In this document: one piece after another, positions 19,548 through 28,327 of the stretch
Layout of the letters: every line of letters starts with the position of its first letter
How positions within the stretch are numbered: the first letter of the stretch is position 1
Assembly: GCA_963682135.1 (NCBI GenBank)
Contig: OY821645.1
Span: 2,560,001-2,624,000, forward strand
DNA from: Methanothrix sp.
GTDB taxonomy: Archaea; Halobacteriota; Methanosarcinia; Methanotrichales; Methanotrichaceae
Direction of reading: 5' to 3'
Length of the DNA: 64,000 bases
Notes under the pieces: generated by a model
What the model was told of the DNA's origin: nothing
Database searches by the model: none
The model's input: only the letters and a program-made list of their open reading frames with translations
Translations under genes and position numbers: made by a program

Positions 19548-20219
19548 CTATTTGCGATAGCCAATGCTGATGCGCCCCGATGAAGCGTCCTTCTCCAAAA
19601 CGCCGCCTTTCTTAGAGCTGCCTATCACAAAACTGGACCTGGAACTGCCTATTTGGGATGAGTTGGAGGACTGCTCGGCAAGGGTCTTCTCTTCAGTCTG
19701 CTGCGCTTTTTCCAGCATGGCCATTAGCTGAGATCTCTTCTCTCCCGGCGGAAAGACAGGTGGCGGTTTCCACCAAACGGATGGATCGAATTCATTATTA
19801 GGGTCGTCATTTTGCCTGGCATAGCCTTCTTCCACAAGGATCCTGTTTACGGGCGGCCAGACCGGGCGGTAATCCGAATCCATAAGATAAATGACACAGA
19901 TGAGCTGGCTCCAAACGTTGCGCGTGGTGTTGTTGTTGTCATTAATATCCAGATATACCATTTTGTTCTTGAGCAACGAAAGGGCATATTTTTGGGAGGC
20001 TTTGCCTTGGTCTGTTACGGTTGAGGGGGCCTGTATATCGGCCAGTTTGATGCTGTCGATGTCCTCTGTTCTCGCATCCGCTATCAGCATCTCTATGCCC
20101 AGTGAGTCGCCGCTGATGACGCTCACCACCCGTCCGACAGCCTCATCAGGCAGCCCGAAAGCAGGGGGCATGAAAGACAAAGCTGATAGCAAAACCAATA
20201 AGGCCAACTGACGCATCAT
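19548..20219 (-). CDS. Secreted thermonuclease (SNase)-fold protein, probably inactive
   Basis: Signal peptide and SNase pattern (VVSVISGDSL, IKLADIQAP, VNRILVEEGYA) with catalytic positions substituted. Confidence 0.7.
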   Translation of the reverse strand: MMRQLALLVLLSALSFMPPAFGLPDEAVGRVVSVISGDSLGIEMLIADARTEDIDSIKLADIQAPSTVTDQGKASQKYALSLLKNKMVYLDINDNNNTTRNVWSQLICVIYLMDSDYRPVWPPVNRILVEEGYARQNDDPNNEFDPSVWWKPPPVFPPGEKRSQLMAMLEKAQQTEEKTLAEQSSNSSQIGSSRSSFVIGSSKKGGVLEKDASSGRISIGYRK

Positions 20220-20336
20220 GATAATCCTTGATTGTCCTGCGGCTTTAAAATTTATAATGGTTCCCCTCGACATGACTGCCATTTTGCTTAAAGTCGATAG
20301 GCCTTCGTGCTGTGAGCCAGGGTCTTAGAGTGCATG

Positions 20337-20882
20337 CTAAAGCAGACTGTTCTTGCATTTCCCATTAAACGAACAGTGGAGGCATCTTTGTTTGTAGTTG
20401 TGCCCTCTCTTGGGACAGTCGTGTCCTATTGACCTTTTCATCTCGTCTACCGTTGCCAGCAAATAGGAGCGCAGGGTTTTATCGAAATTGATTCTATGCT
20501 GCACTCCATCGGAATAGACAATTATCCCGTAAGGTACTGACCGGCGGTAGTTCTCTTCCACCAGGTAGCAGTATGCCGCCAATTGCATTATGTGGTTTTT
20601 ATGGGGCTCCTTGGCCCGACCGCTCTTGATCTCCACGGGAATCAAGCTGCGGCCTTTGCCTTTTACTATGTAATCCGGCTTGCCGCTGATTCCCAGATTT
20701 TTGGAATACAGGGCCTTTCCCGGGCGATCCAGATCTGAGTAGATTACCTTTCCCTCGGGGATGCCATAAACCATTCGCATGTTTTTGGCTGAGGATGACT
20801 CTCTCTTTGACAGCAATTGGAAGGTAGCGGCCAAGATTATTAGAGATAAAACAAAGATTAGATATAAGTCCATAAAAGCCAT
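20337..20882 (-). CDS. Cas4-like PD-(D/E)xK nuclease, C-terminal part, with N-terminal TM helix
   Basis: GKPDY, PVEIKS, QLAAY and C-terminal CLHC-x5-C, with a hydrophobic N-terminus. Confidence 0.85.
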   Translation of the reverse strand: MAFMDLYLIFVLSLIILAATFQLLSKRESSSAKNMRMVYGIPEGKVIYSDLDRPGKALYSKNLGISGKPDYIVKGKGRSLIPVEIKSGRAKEPHKNHIMQLAAYCYLVEENYRRSVPYGIIVYSDGVQHRINFDKTLRSYLLATVDEMKRSIGHDCPKRGHNYKQRCLHCSFNGKCKNSLL

Positions 20883-21130
20883 CCTGCAATTAAAATAGCA
20901 GCAATCAGAGAGATGTAGCCCAGCAACCGGAATAAGTCGGCTGCTCTCTCCCTTCTATCCAGGAGTGTCAGCCTGCCCCCAGCTTTCTGATGCATATCGA
21001 TTCCTCTCTTCAGGCCGAATGACTGCGGCTCCACTCCCGTTCTCTTCAGGTACCAGGACACAGGGCAGTAGACATATTGTGATATCTCTGATGCCGATAT
21101 TGCCTTGTATCCGTTTTTGCGTTTTAGCAT
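20858..21130 (-). CDS. Cas4-like N-terminal fragment protein with C-terminal TM helix
   Basis: ISASEISQYVYCP...RGIDMH, the Cas4 N-terminal motif with the first Fe-S Cys, followed by a TM helix. Confidence 0.8.
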   Translation of the reverse strand: MLKRKNGYKAISASEISQYVYCPVSWYLKRTGVEPQSFGLKRGIDMHQKAGGRLTLLDRRERAADLFRLLGYISLIAAILIAGWLLWTYI

Positions 21131-21202
21131 AATGATTTTAACCAGAACCCGATTAGAGATAAAGGTATCATATTAATAGAAGCCCTTCTTTATTCCTATC
21201 AG

Positions 21203-22204
21203 ATGGCGGATGAATCACTGGGTTTGAAGGTTAGCCGAAAAAATGGCGAGAAGATTCGTAGGACTCTCATAGAGATGGGCCTCTTTGATCGCTGCCGCAA
21301 GATTTGCTCGGATGAATCCCATGTTTACCTGCCCGTCTTGGAGATTGACGAAAAGTCAGCGGCAAAGCTAGGCAGCATTGGGCAGTTTGAATTAGTGGAT
21401 TTTGGTTTCCTGCCGGAAGAGAGAATAATCAGCCCTGAGGATCTTCTGGGCTTTCGGCCCAGCTTCGAGGTGGTGGGCGACATTGCCATGGTGGAAGATC
21501 GTGATGCAGAGCGTGTGGCTGCTGCCCTCATGTCCACTTGCAAGAGCATAAAGACCGTCATTGCCCCCATCTCTGATGTGGAAGGAGAATTTCGCACCCG
21601 CCGCTTCCGGCATGTGGCCGGGGAGGCTCGCACCGTTACCCTTCACAAGGAGCATGGCCTGCGCTACCGGGTGGACCTGGAGGGGGCCTATTTCACTCCC
21701 CGCCTGGGCACGGAGAGGCTACGCATTGCCGGCCTGGTCTCGCCAGGTGAGGTCGTGCTGGATATGTTCGCAGGCGTGGGGCCATTTTCTCTGCTCCTGG
21801 CCAAAAAAGGGGCAAAAGTCATCGCCATGGACAAGAATCCTGTGGCTGTGAAATACCTGCGCGAAAATGCGCTTTTAAACAAAGTAAATGGCATCGAGAT
21901 TCTGGAAGGCGATGCAGCAGAGCTTGCTCTGCGCTACGAGAATCGGGCGGATCACGTTATTATGAACCTTCCACACAGCGCCTGCGAATTTCTCATTCCA
22001 GCTATGAGAGCGGCAAAGTCCCAAGGAATGGTCCATTATTACTGTATAGCACCAGATGATGATCTCTACAGGGATCTGGCTCTGATAAAAAAAGCGGCAG
22101 AGGAGATGGATCTCGGCGCGGAGGTGCTCTACAAAGAGATAGTGAGAAGCTATGCGCCGCACAGAAGCAATGTGGTCATTGACTTTCGGCTTTTTAAATC
22201 ATGA
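21203..22204 (+). CDS. trm5: tRNA (guanine37-N1)-methyltransferase, Trm5 family
   Basis: VGDIA, GEFRTR, YFTPRLGTER, DMFAGVGPF and IMNLP. Confidence 0.9.
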   Translation: MADESLGLKVSRKNGEKIRRTLIEMGLFDRCRKICSDESHVYLPVLEIDEKSAAKLGSIGQFELVDFGFLPEERIISPEDLLGFRPSFEVVGDIAMVEDRDAERVAAALMSTCKSIKTVIAPISDVEGEFRTRRFRHVAGEARTVTLHKEHGLRYRVDLEGAYFTPRLGTERLRIAGLVSPGEVVLDMFAGVGPFSLLLAKKGAKVIAMDKNPVAVKYLRENALLNKVNGIEILEGDAAELALRYENRADHVIMNLPHSACEFLIPAMRAAKSQGMVHYYCIAPDDDLYRDLALIKKAAEEMDLGAEVLYKEIVRSYAPHRSNVVIDFRLFKS

Positions 22205-22263
22205 GCAGCACTTTTTTAGGGGGAGCGGACACATTCATAGGTTTGAGCAAGAGGTGTTGTATA

Positions 22264-22755
22264 ATGAAAAAAGCAATGGCATTAATAGTGCTGCTATTCG
22301 TTGCCATGAGTATGGCTGATGCAGCTCAACAGGTAAGCCGTCCTGGTAATTCGATTGCATCAATGCAAAAGCTAAAGCTGGATGCGGCTACTATCGACAT
22401 CATTTTAATAAAGATCGCGCCGGCATCACCTGGAAACAGCGAGCCGGTAAATGTGGGTGTCAAGGTCGTATCCAGTTTGACAGGTCAGGATATTTGCGGA
22501 TTGGAGGCAACTAATTTCAACTTGGAGACTCTAACCGTGCCGCCGGGCGGTCCTGCCATAGTTATAAAAAATATCTATCCCACCTCGTCGGTTGCGATAA
22601 ACCAACCAGTAAGTTGCGATTATTGGCTGGATATGGTACCTACCTCATATCAGGGCAACCAATATACCTGGTTGACCGGAACGTATACCCTCAAATTGAA
22701 TTATATTGTAGATGGACAGCAGCTCGCCAGCAAGACGTTCAGCTTTAGAGTCTGA
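22264..22755 (+). CDS. Secreted hypothetical protein
   Basis: Signal peptide MKKAMALIVLLFVAMSMADA, GAGGTG SD, Ig-like C-terminus. Confidence 0.65.
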   Translation: MKKAMALIVLLFVAMSMADAAQQVSRPGNSIASMQKLKLDAATIDIILIKIAPASPGNSEPVNVGVKVVSSLTGQDICGLEATNFNLETLTVPPGGPAIVIKNIYPTSSVAINQPVSCDYWLDMVPTSYQGNQYTWLTGTYTLKLNYIVDGQQLASKTFSFRV

Positions 22756-23004
22756 GATTTATAGAAGGAGTGAGGCAAAAGTCTACTGGACGCAGGAGGG
22801 AAGATGGCCATCGACTTATGCCAATACTCTTTACGTTAATTAACGGATATAAGGCTTTCGCCTCAAGGATGAGTCCGGATGATAACAGGTCCCAGGCGGG
22901 CCGGCGCTCGATCAGCAGCACCCTTGGCAGAGCAGCAAATCTGCAGATGCTCAAAACCTAATAATAAAATAGATGGAGGTTTAGCTGAGCCTGTCTGCGT
23001 TGGC

Positions 23005-23412
23005 TCAGGCTGAAATCTTGCTCTTGGCGATGTACTTGATCAGCTCAGTTCCGATCCTGGACTTTCTCTGAATCTGATCGGCCACCTCGTCAGCAGATGC
23101 GCCGCCTGCAGCCAGGGCGCGAATCTCCTCAAGCGTGCTGTCATCCACGGTGAAATATTCATCCAGGTCCTTTCTGTGGCCCCATACGTCGCCTTCCAGC
23201 ATATCAATGCCTTGCATCTCCAGGAATACCTGGATGGCATTGGACATGGTCTTGCGGTAGGATGGCGGAACCTGAATCATTCTCAGCCTGGGGCATCTCT
23301 GCATCAGGTTAAGGAAATCTACATTACTGGCCCGAAAAGCCAGATGAACCGTCTTCTCATTGGGGTTTAGATTGGGGATCTCATTTCTGGCGCTGATTAC
23401 TCTAAGTCTCAT
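23005..23412 (-). CDS. DUF1699 family protein
   Basis: MRLRVIS..EI..LNPNE..VHLAFRASN, CP.LR.IQVPPSY and EGDVWGHRKD. Confidence 0.88.
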   Translation of the reverse strand: MRLRVISARNEIPNLNPNEKTVHLAFRASNVDFLNLMQRCPRLRMIQVPPSYRKTMSNAIQVFLEMQGIDMLEGDVWGHRKDLDEYFTVDDSTLEEIRALAAGGASADEVADQIQRKSRIGTELIKYIAKSKISA

Positions 23413-23538
23413 TTTATCACTCCAGACCATAAAAGGCATTCATAATATTAATAGACACTTTCGCTGTACACATCATACCAAAACGATTGCTATAGATGCA
23501 ATCATGGCCAAAAATCTGGGAAGAATCGCGAAAGCATA

Positions 23539-23717
23539 TTAATCAGATTGAGACATCCAGTCCAGGTAAGCCTGATGGCCCGCGATGATAGGCAAGGCAA
23601 TGATATGTTCACGCAGGCAGCCAGCCGCTCCTCCACCAATGTTTTTGCCAGGGCCTCTGCCTCACCTTGGGGGGCGGTGCAAAACACTACCACAAAATCA
23701 TTTTCCGGCTGGCTCAT
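23539..23717 (-). pseudogene. cutA: cutA pseudogene with internal deletion
   Basis: The N-terminus VVFCTAP...LAKTLVEERLAACVN is joined out of frame to the C-terminus IIALPIIAGHQAYLDWM. The central part is missing. Confidence 0.8.
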
Positions 23718-24108
23718 CCTGTCCCACCCAGTGTTTTCCATTCTTTCCCAGCTCTTTCTTCCAGAGGGGTGCTCTCTTTTTCAGCTCTTCAATTATGTAT
23801 CGGCAACCGGAAAAAGCCTCCTCCCTGTGACCGGCTGAGCAGACTATGGCCACTATGCTCTCACCAACTGCAAGTGAGCCCGTCCGGTGCACGATTTCTA
23901 CGGCCTTGAGAGCAAAGCGGCTCATAGCTTCCTCTTGGATCGCTTCCAGCTCAGCAATCGCAGCCTCCCGAAAGGCCTCCACCTCCAACCTCTCTATGCC
24001 GTCATCCCTGACCGTGCCCAGGAATGTGACCATAGCTCCGGCATCCTTGCTCTTCGCCCTTTCTATCATCTCTTGCAGGGAGATCTCCTCTTCAGTGATC
24101 TCGATCAT
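23698..24108 (-). CDS. moaE: Molybdopterin synthase catalytic subunit
   Basis: GAMVTFLGTVR, HRTGSL.VGE, HREEAF and LKKRAPLWKKE. Confidence 0.92.
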   Translation of the reverse strand: MIEITEEEISLQEMIERAKSKDAGAMVTFLGTVRDDGIERLEVEAFREAAIAELEAIQEEAMSRFALKAVEIVHRTGSLAVGESIVAIVCSAGHREEAFSGCRYIIEELKKRAPLWKKELGKNGKHWVGQDEPAGK

Positions 24109-24114
24109 GAGGCT

Positions 24115-24393
24115 TTAGCCTCCGGCCAGAGGCGGGAAGATGGCCAGCTCGTCTCCATCTTGAAGCGGTCTGGACAGCTCCCGGGCAGGATCTATCCTCT
24201 TTCGGTTGACCATGAGCAGAACATAATCGCGAAGAGCGCCTGTATCGTCAAAGGCCGCGTCCTTAAACGCCTGCTTGGCAACAGCCAGCTCTTCCAGCAG
24301 ATCTCTTATCGTTGCACCCTCTAACAAGTGCAGTTCTCTCTCTTTTCCGAGAATCTCCCGGAAGCCTGCAAACGCCAGAACAACAATTCGCAT
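24115..24393 (-). CDS. moaD: MoaD/SAMP1-type ubiquitin-like sulfur carrier
   Basis: FAGFRE...LQDGDELAIFPPLAGG with a C-terminal di-Gly. Confidence 0.88.
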   Translation of the reverse strand: MRIVVLAFAGFREILGKERELHLLEGATIRDLLEELAVAKQAFKDAAFDDTGALRDYVLLMVNRKRIDPARELSRPLQDGDELAIFPPLAGG

Positions 24394-24409
24394 GTCTTTC
24401 AGCCACGCT

Positions 24410-24781
24410 TTATTTTTTATACATATCAGCAAAGCTGGCCGGAGACGATCCTGAATCTGCTTTGGCTCTCAGGCCGCCCGACTTCAGGGACTTCTTGATC
24501 TTCTCCGTCTCATTTTCCCGCAGACGGGCAATCTCTTCTTCTGAATCGATACCCATAACAAATGTGCCGTGGCAGGGCTTAACATAGGTGAAGAGCATCT
24601 CCGTGCCTCGCACGCCCATGGCTACGGGCGGCACGCCGATGATGTAGTAATCCTTGAAGATCTTGTAGCCGGGATCGACGTAATAAACCTCGTCCGAGTT
24701 CTTCTCGATATACTCGCGTGCTTCCTTGAAGGAGGTGCGCTCCAGGTGCAGCTTGTACTTCATCTGCTCGATGCAGCTCAT
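24410..24781 (-). CDS. DUF1894 family protein
   Basis: MSCIE.MKY...SFKEAREYIEK, PGYKIF, IIGVPP and YVKPCHGTF. Confidence 0.82.
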   Translation of the reverse strand: MSCIEQMKYKLHLERTSFKEAREYIEKNSDEVYYVDPGYKIFKDYYIIGVPPVAMGVRGTEMLFTYVKPCHGTFVMGIDSEEEIARLRENETEKIKKSLKSGGLRAKADSGSSPASFADMYKK

Positions 24782-25227
24782 AATGTCACCTTATCGATCT
24801 TGTTCTTGAGAGGATTTGGGTTATGGGTGGCCTTGGCCACGATCTTCTCAGCAGGATAGTCGATGCTCTCCCCCAGAGCCTCGGCATTCTTGCCGAATAC
24901 CACTGCAAAAAGCCTGGCGCGGGAGATGGCGGAAAATGTTGCCCCGTAGGTCATACCCGCATCGCTGTGCATGAAAGCGAAGCATACGTCAAAGTCGACC
25001 TTCTTTTCCACGACGTCGCCAATCAGCTCGTCCAGATCGACCGTCTTTTGCACATAATAGCTCTCCGGATCGGCCACCTTGAGCAACTTGACGGCTGCGT
25101 CCGTACCGGCCACGGTTACATCCCAGCCGGATTTTTCCAGCTTATGGGTGAGGTAGATCACCATGCTCATCTGCACCGGCACTTCCGGACAGCCCATCAC
25201 CAACAGCGCCTTTTTGCCTTCGCTCAT
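24778..25227 (-). CDS. DUF1890 family protein
   Basis: KALLVMGCPEVPVQ, LLKVADP and HNPNPL. Confidence 0.82.
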   Translation of the reverse strand: MSEGKKALLVMGCPEVPVQMSMVIYLTHKLEKSGWDVTVAGTDAAVKLLKVADPESYYVQKTVDLDELIGDVVEKKVDFDVCFAFMHSDAGMTYGATFSAISRARLFAVVFGKNAEALGESIDYPAEKIVAKATHNPNPLKNKIDKVTL

Positions 25228-25277
25228 ATCTTCCATCTCCTGGGCTAGATTACAATTATTCCTATTAATACTCACTA

Positions 25278-26009
25278 TCAATGCCCACTATCCGAACACT
25301 CTTGACAGGCAGCATTGCGCTCGTAGGCCATCTCATCCAGGCAGCCGTTTAGCCCATCCCAGAGCAAGAGGCGGTTCTCCAGAAGCTGGCCTGCGCCTGT
25401 AACGTACTTCACTGCTTCAGTCACCTGAATGGAGCCGATCACACCGCATGTGGAGCCCAGAGCGGGAAAGACCGATGCCGGAGGTGCTCTGGGAAAGATG
25501 CATGAAAGGCAGGCAGTCTTGCCGGGAATGATGGTGGTAGCCTGGCCCTGGTAGCCGCTGATGGCCCCGTGAAAGAGCGGAATCTCTCTCTCTAAAGCCG
25601 CCCGGTTCAGTAGGTATCGAACCGGGAAGTTGTCCATGCCGTCCATGATCAGGTCGCATCCTTGCAGGAGCTGGTCGATATTCTCTTCAGAGATGGTCTC
25701 CACCAGCGCCTCCACTTCGATCTCCGGGTTGATGGCGGTTAAGCTTTCATAAGCCGACTGTGCCTTGGCCCGGCCCAGGTCGGCGCTGGCATGCAGTATC
25801 TGTCGGTTGAGGTTGGAGAGCTCCACAGAGTCGCAGTCGCAGATGCGAATTTTGCCAAAACCAGCAGCCGCCATGTAGAGGGATATGACGGAGCCGAGGC
25901 CGCCGGCTCCTGCTATGAAGACGCTGGTTCTCTTGAGCTTCTCCTGCCCCTCCTCGCCAAAGAGGCGGATCTGGCGGGAGTATCTCTTCTTCTCGCCGTC
26001 ACTTAGCAT
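25278..26009 (-). CDS. ThiF/MoeB/HesA-family E1-like adenylyltransferase (UbaA-like)
   Basis: RYSRQI, GAGGLGS, SNLNRQ, DNF, CLSC and CQEC. Confidence 0.92.
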   Translation of the reverse strand: MLSDGEKKRYSRQIRLFGEEGQEKLKRTSVFIAGAGGLGSVISLYMAAAGFGKIRICDCDSVELSNLNRQILHASADLGRAKAQSAYESLTAINPEIEVEALVETISEENIDQLLQGCDLIMDGMDNFPVRYLLNRAALEREIPLFHGAISGYQGQATTIIPGKTACLSCIFPRAPPASVFPALGSTCGVIGSIQVTEAVKYVTGAGQLLENRLLLWDGLNGCLDEMAYERNAACQECSDSGH

Positions 26010-26082
26010 GGCTTTTCGCTCCAGATTCTCGTAGTAGTAATAGTCAATCTAGATTGGCCTTGGGCCTTCAATTTCATCATTT

Positions 26083-26277
26083 CTAACCGCCGTGCACAAA
26101 GCGCACTATCTTCAGTTCGTCGGAGCCGCCGGCAGTCTCCTCCTCCGGGACGATCTTGCCGTTCTTGGCCACGATGACCTCTTCGGGATTGATGCCCAGA
26201 TGCTTGAGGATGTCCTCGATGCGAGCATCATCCTGGTTGATTTCTCTTCTGCTCCCATCCGGCAAGATGATCAACAT
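26083..26277 (-). CDS. ThiS/SAMP2-type ubiquitin-like protein
   Basis: 64 aa, LGINPEEVIV.KNG and C-terminal VHGG. Confidence 0.85.
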   Translation of the reverse strand: MLIILPDGSRREINQDDARIEDILKHLGINPEEVIVAKNGKIVPEEETAGGSDELKIVRFVHGG

Positions 26278-26592
26278 TTTCTTCTCCTATTCTCCTGCAT
26301 CAGTTCTACTGGGCAGTTCTGGTGCAAAATGGTTATGGTGACCCGAACGGGCGCGCGCTCCTTGCGTGCGGCTGCGTCCGCGGACGTGCACATTGGCGCG
26401 CGACTGCTGGTGAGAGCGCACTATTTGTATGCACGAACCTAAAGGGTGCGTTCTATGTTCACAATTGTGAATAGTGCATTAGTGGCTGGTTTGCTATTTA
26501 AGAGTTAAGGATGGGGCAAGGATGAGCGACCTTGATTATATAAATCTCAACAAAAACAGAAACCTCTGATAGGACAGGACCGAAACCTTTTT

Positions 26593-26630
26593 GGTTTACA
26601 AAGTCTCTATTATTACTAACTATGTAAACC
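26593..26630 (+). promoter_or_regulatory. Candidate XRE operator (inverted repeat GGTTTACA-N22-TGTAAACC)
   Basis: Perfect 8-bp inverted repeat immediately upstream of the SD (GAGGTG) of the XRE gene. Confidence 0.4.
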
Positions 26631-26642
26631 GAGGTGCTGACC

Positions 26643-27719
26643 ATGAGTATTGGAGAGCGCATTAAACAGGGCAGACAAATTCGAGGCTTAAGCCAGCGTG
26701 AGCTAGCCAAGGCCGCAGGAGTCAGCGCTCAAGCCATATCCAAGTATGAGCGGGATCTGGATGTCCCGGGCTCGGGAGTTCTTATCCGTCTCTGCAAGGC
26801 TCTTGATGTAGGTGTAGAATTCTTTATTCGACCGCATCGTATCTCTCGCATCAGTCCCAGCTTTCGCAAACATTGTTCTCTTTCTCGTAAGGATGAAGGT
26901 GCCGTCATCGCAAGAATTCGCGATTGGCTGGAGAAGTATCTGGAGATCGAAAGCATACTCTTCCCGGATGAGAGGGATTTTTCGTTTCAATATCCTGCAG
27001 GATTCCCCCGCAAGATCAAATCCTTTGACGATGTAGAAGCGGCTGCGGTGGATCTGCGCGAGGCATGGGATTTAGGACTTGATTGCATTGAGAACCTGAC
27101 GAGCCTTCTGGAAGATAAGGGCATAAAGGTAGGAATCGTAGATGCAGATGATGATTTTTATGCATGCACTTTCGATGCTGAGGATGACCGAAGGATAATG
27201 GTAATAGTAGTCCGTAGCGGCATTCCAGGAGATCGACAGCGTTTCAGCCTGGCTCATGAGCTAGGTCATTTGATGCTGGAGACTAAAGATGGCCTGGACC
27301 CGGAGAAGGCTGCTAATCGCTTTGCAGGAGCTTTTCTAGTTCCAAAAGCAGCGGTGAAATTCGAACTTCGTAATATAAGAAGAACTATCGGAGACTACGA
27401 GTTGCACATGCTCAAGGATAAATACGGTCTGAGCATGCAGGCCTGGGTCTTCCGGGCCAGGGACCTCGGCTTTATTTCAGAAGAGAGGGCTATAGCGCTC
27501 TTTAGAAGATTCAGAGCCAACGGATGGCACATGAAGGAACCGGGAGAATCCTATCCTTTCGAAAAGCCCATGCGTTTTACGAGGCTGGTTATGGGATCTC
27601 TGGCCGAAGGAATTATCTCAGAGAATCGGGCATCTGAGCTGCTCGGAAAGCCGATGCAATTATTCCTTTCCGAAGTGAAAGAGGAGCATGGGGGCCTTCT
27701 CGCTGCGGTGTGTAACTGA
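26643..27719 (+). CDS. XRE-family HTH fused to ImmA/IrrE Zn-metallopeptidase
   Basis: N-terminal HTH (SQRELA..AGVS.QAISKYE), RQRFSLAHELGH and EKAANRFAGAFL. Confidence 0.9.
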   Translation: MSIGERIKQGRQIRGLSQRELAKAAGVSAQAISKYERDLDVPGSGVLIRLCKALDVGVEFFIRPHRISRISPSFRKHCSLSRKDEGAVIARIRDWLEKYLEIESILFPDERDFSFQYPAGFPRKIKSFDDVEAAAVDLREAWDLGLDCIENLTSLLEDKGIKVGIVDADDDFYACTFDAEDDRRIMVIVVRSGIPGDRQRFSLAHELGHLMLETKDGLDPEKAANRFAGAFLVPKAAVKFELRNIRRTIGDYELHMLKDKYGLSMQAWVFRARDLGFISEERAIALFRRFRANGWHMKEPGESYPFEKPMRFTRLVMGSLAEGIISENRASELLGKPMQLFLSEVKEEHGGLLAAVCN

Positions 27720-28173
27720 CAGCAATATCTGGATAGACCTTTACAGAGGCGGCCTCATAGAAAAGGCGCTTCGCCTTCCGATGGAGTTGATAGCGCCGGA
27801 CGTTGTTATTGAAGAATTACATACGCCTGATGGAAAATACCTCGTGAGCCTTGGACTGCGGGTCCTGGAGCTATCCGGACAGCAAGTTCTCAAGGTGCTG
27901 GATCTGGCTGAGCGTTATGCTCGGCCATCTCGTCAGGATCTTTTCGCTCTTGTTCTGGCCAAGGAGATAAAAGCCGTGCTTTTAACGGGAGACGGCAGCC
28001 TGCGCGAAGCGGCAGAGAGAGAAGGAGTGCAGGTGCATGGAACTATATGGCTTCTGGATCAGATGGTAGAGCATGAGATCATCGATACGCAGGAGAGGGC
28101 AGCATCACTCAAGCTCATGGTCGAGTCTGGGAGCAGGCTGCCTTGGGAAGAGATCAGAGACAGATTGGAGTAG
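27688..28173 (+). CDS. PIN-domain protein (DUF3368-like)
   Basis: VTDSNIWID, VIEEL, LLTGD..LR and VHGTIWLL, overlapping the XRE gene. Confidence 0.85.
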   Translation: MGAFSLRCVTDSNIWIDLYRGGLIEKALRLPMELIAPDVVIEELHTPDGKYLVSLGLRVLELSGQQVLKVLDLAERYARPSRQDLFALVLAKEIKAVLLTGDGSLREAAEREGVQVHGTIWLLDQMVEHEIIDTQERAASLKLMVESGSRLPWEEIRDRLE

Positions 28174-28327
28174 GCAACACTGCAGTTCACTCCAGAATGT
28201 GTTAATGCTCATCAGTTGAGAAGAGTGGTGTTTAGAATAAGTCGTCCATGATGGCGGGGTTGGATTTAAGTAGCTGAAAATGGTCTCTTTCCTCGGATTA
28301 ACTAAATAAATTTCAGGGTGATTAATT

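Noticed and set aside
20337-21130. CRISPR-Cas locus suggested by the Cas4-like genes
   Set aside because: No cas1, cas2, effector genes or repeat-spacer array were seen in the window.
22760-22990. Short ORFs on both strands between the secreted protein gene and DUF1699
   Set aside because: No recognisable motif or SD. This may be a gene remnant but I cannot assign it.
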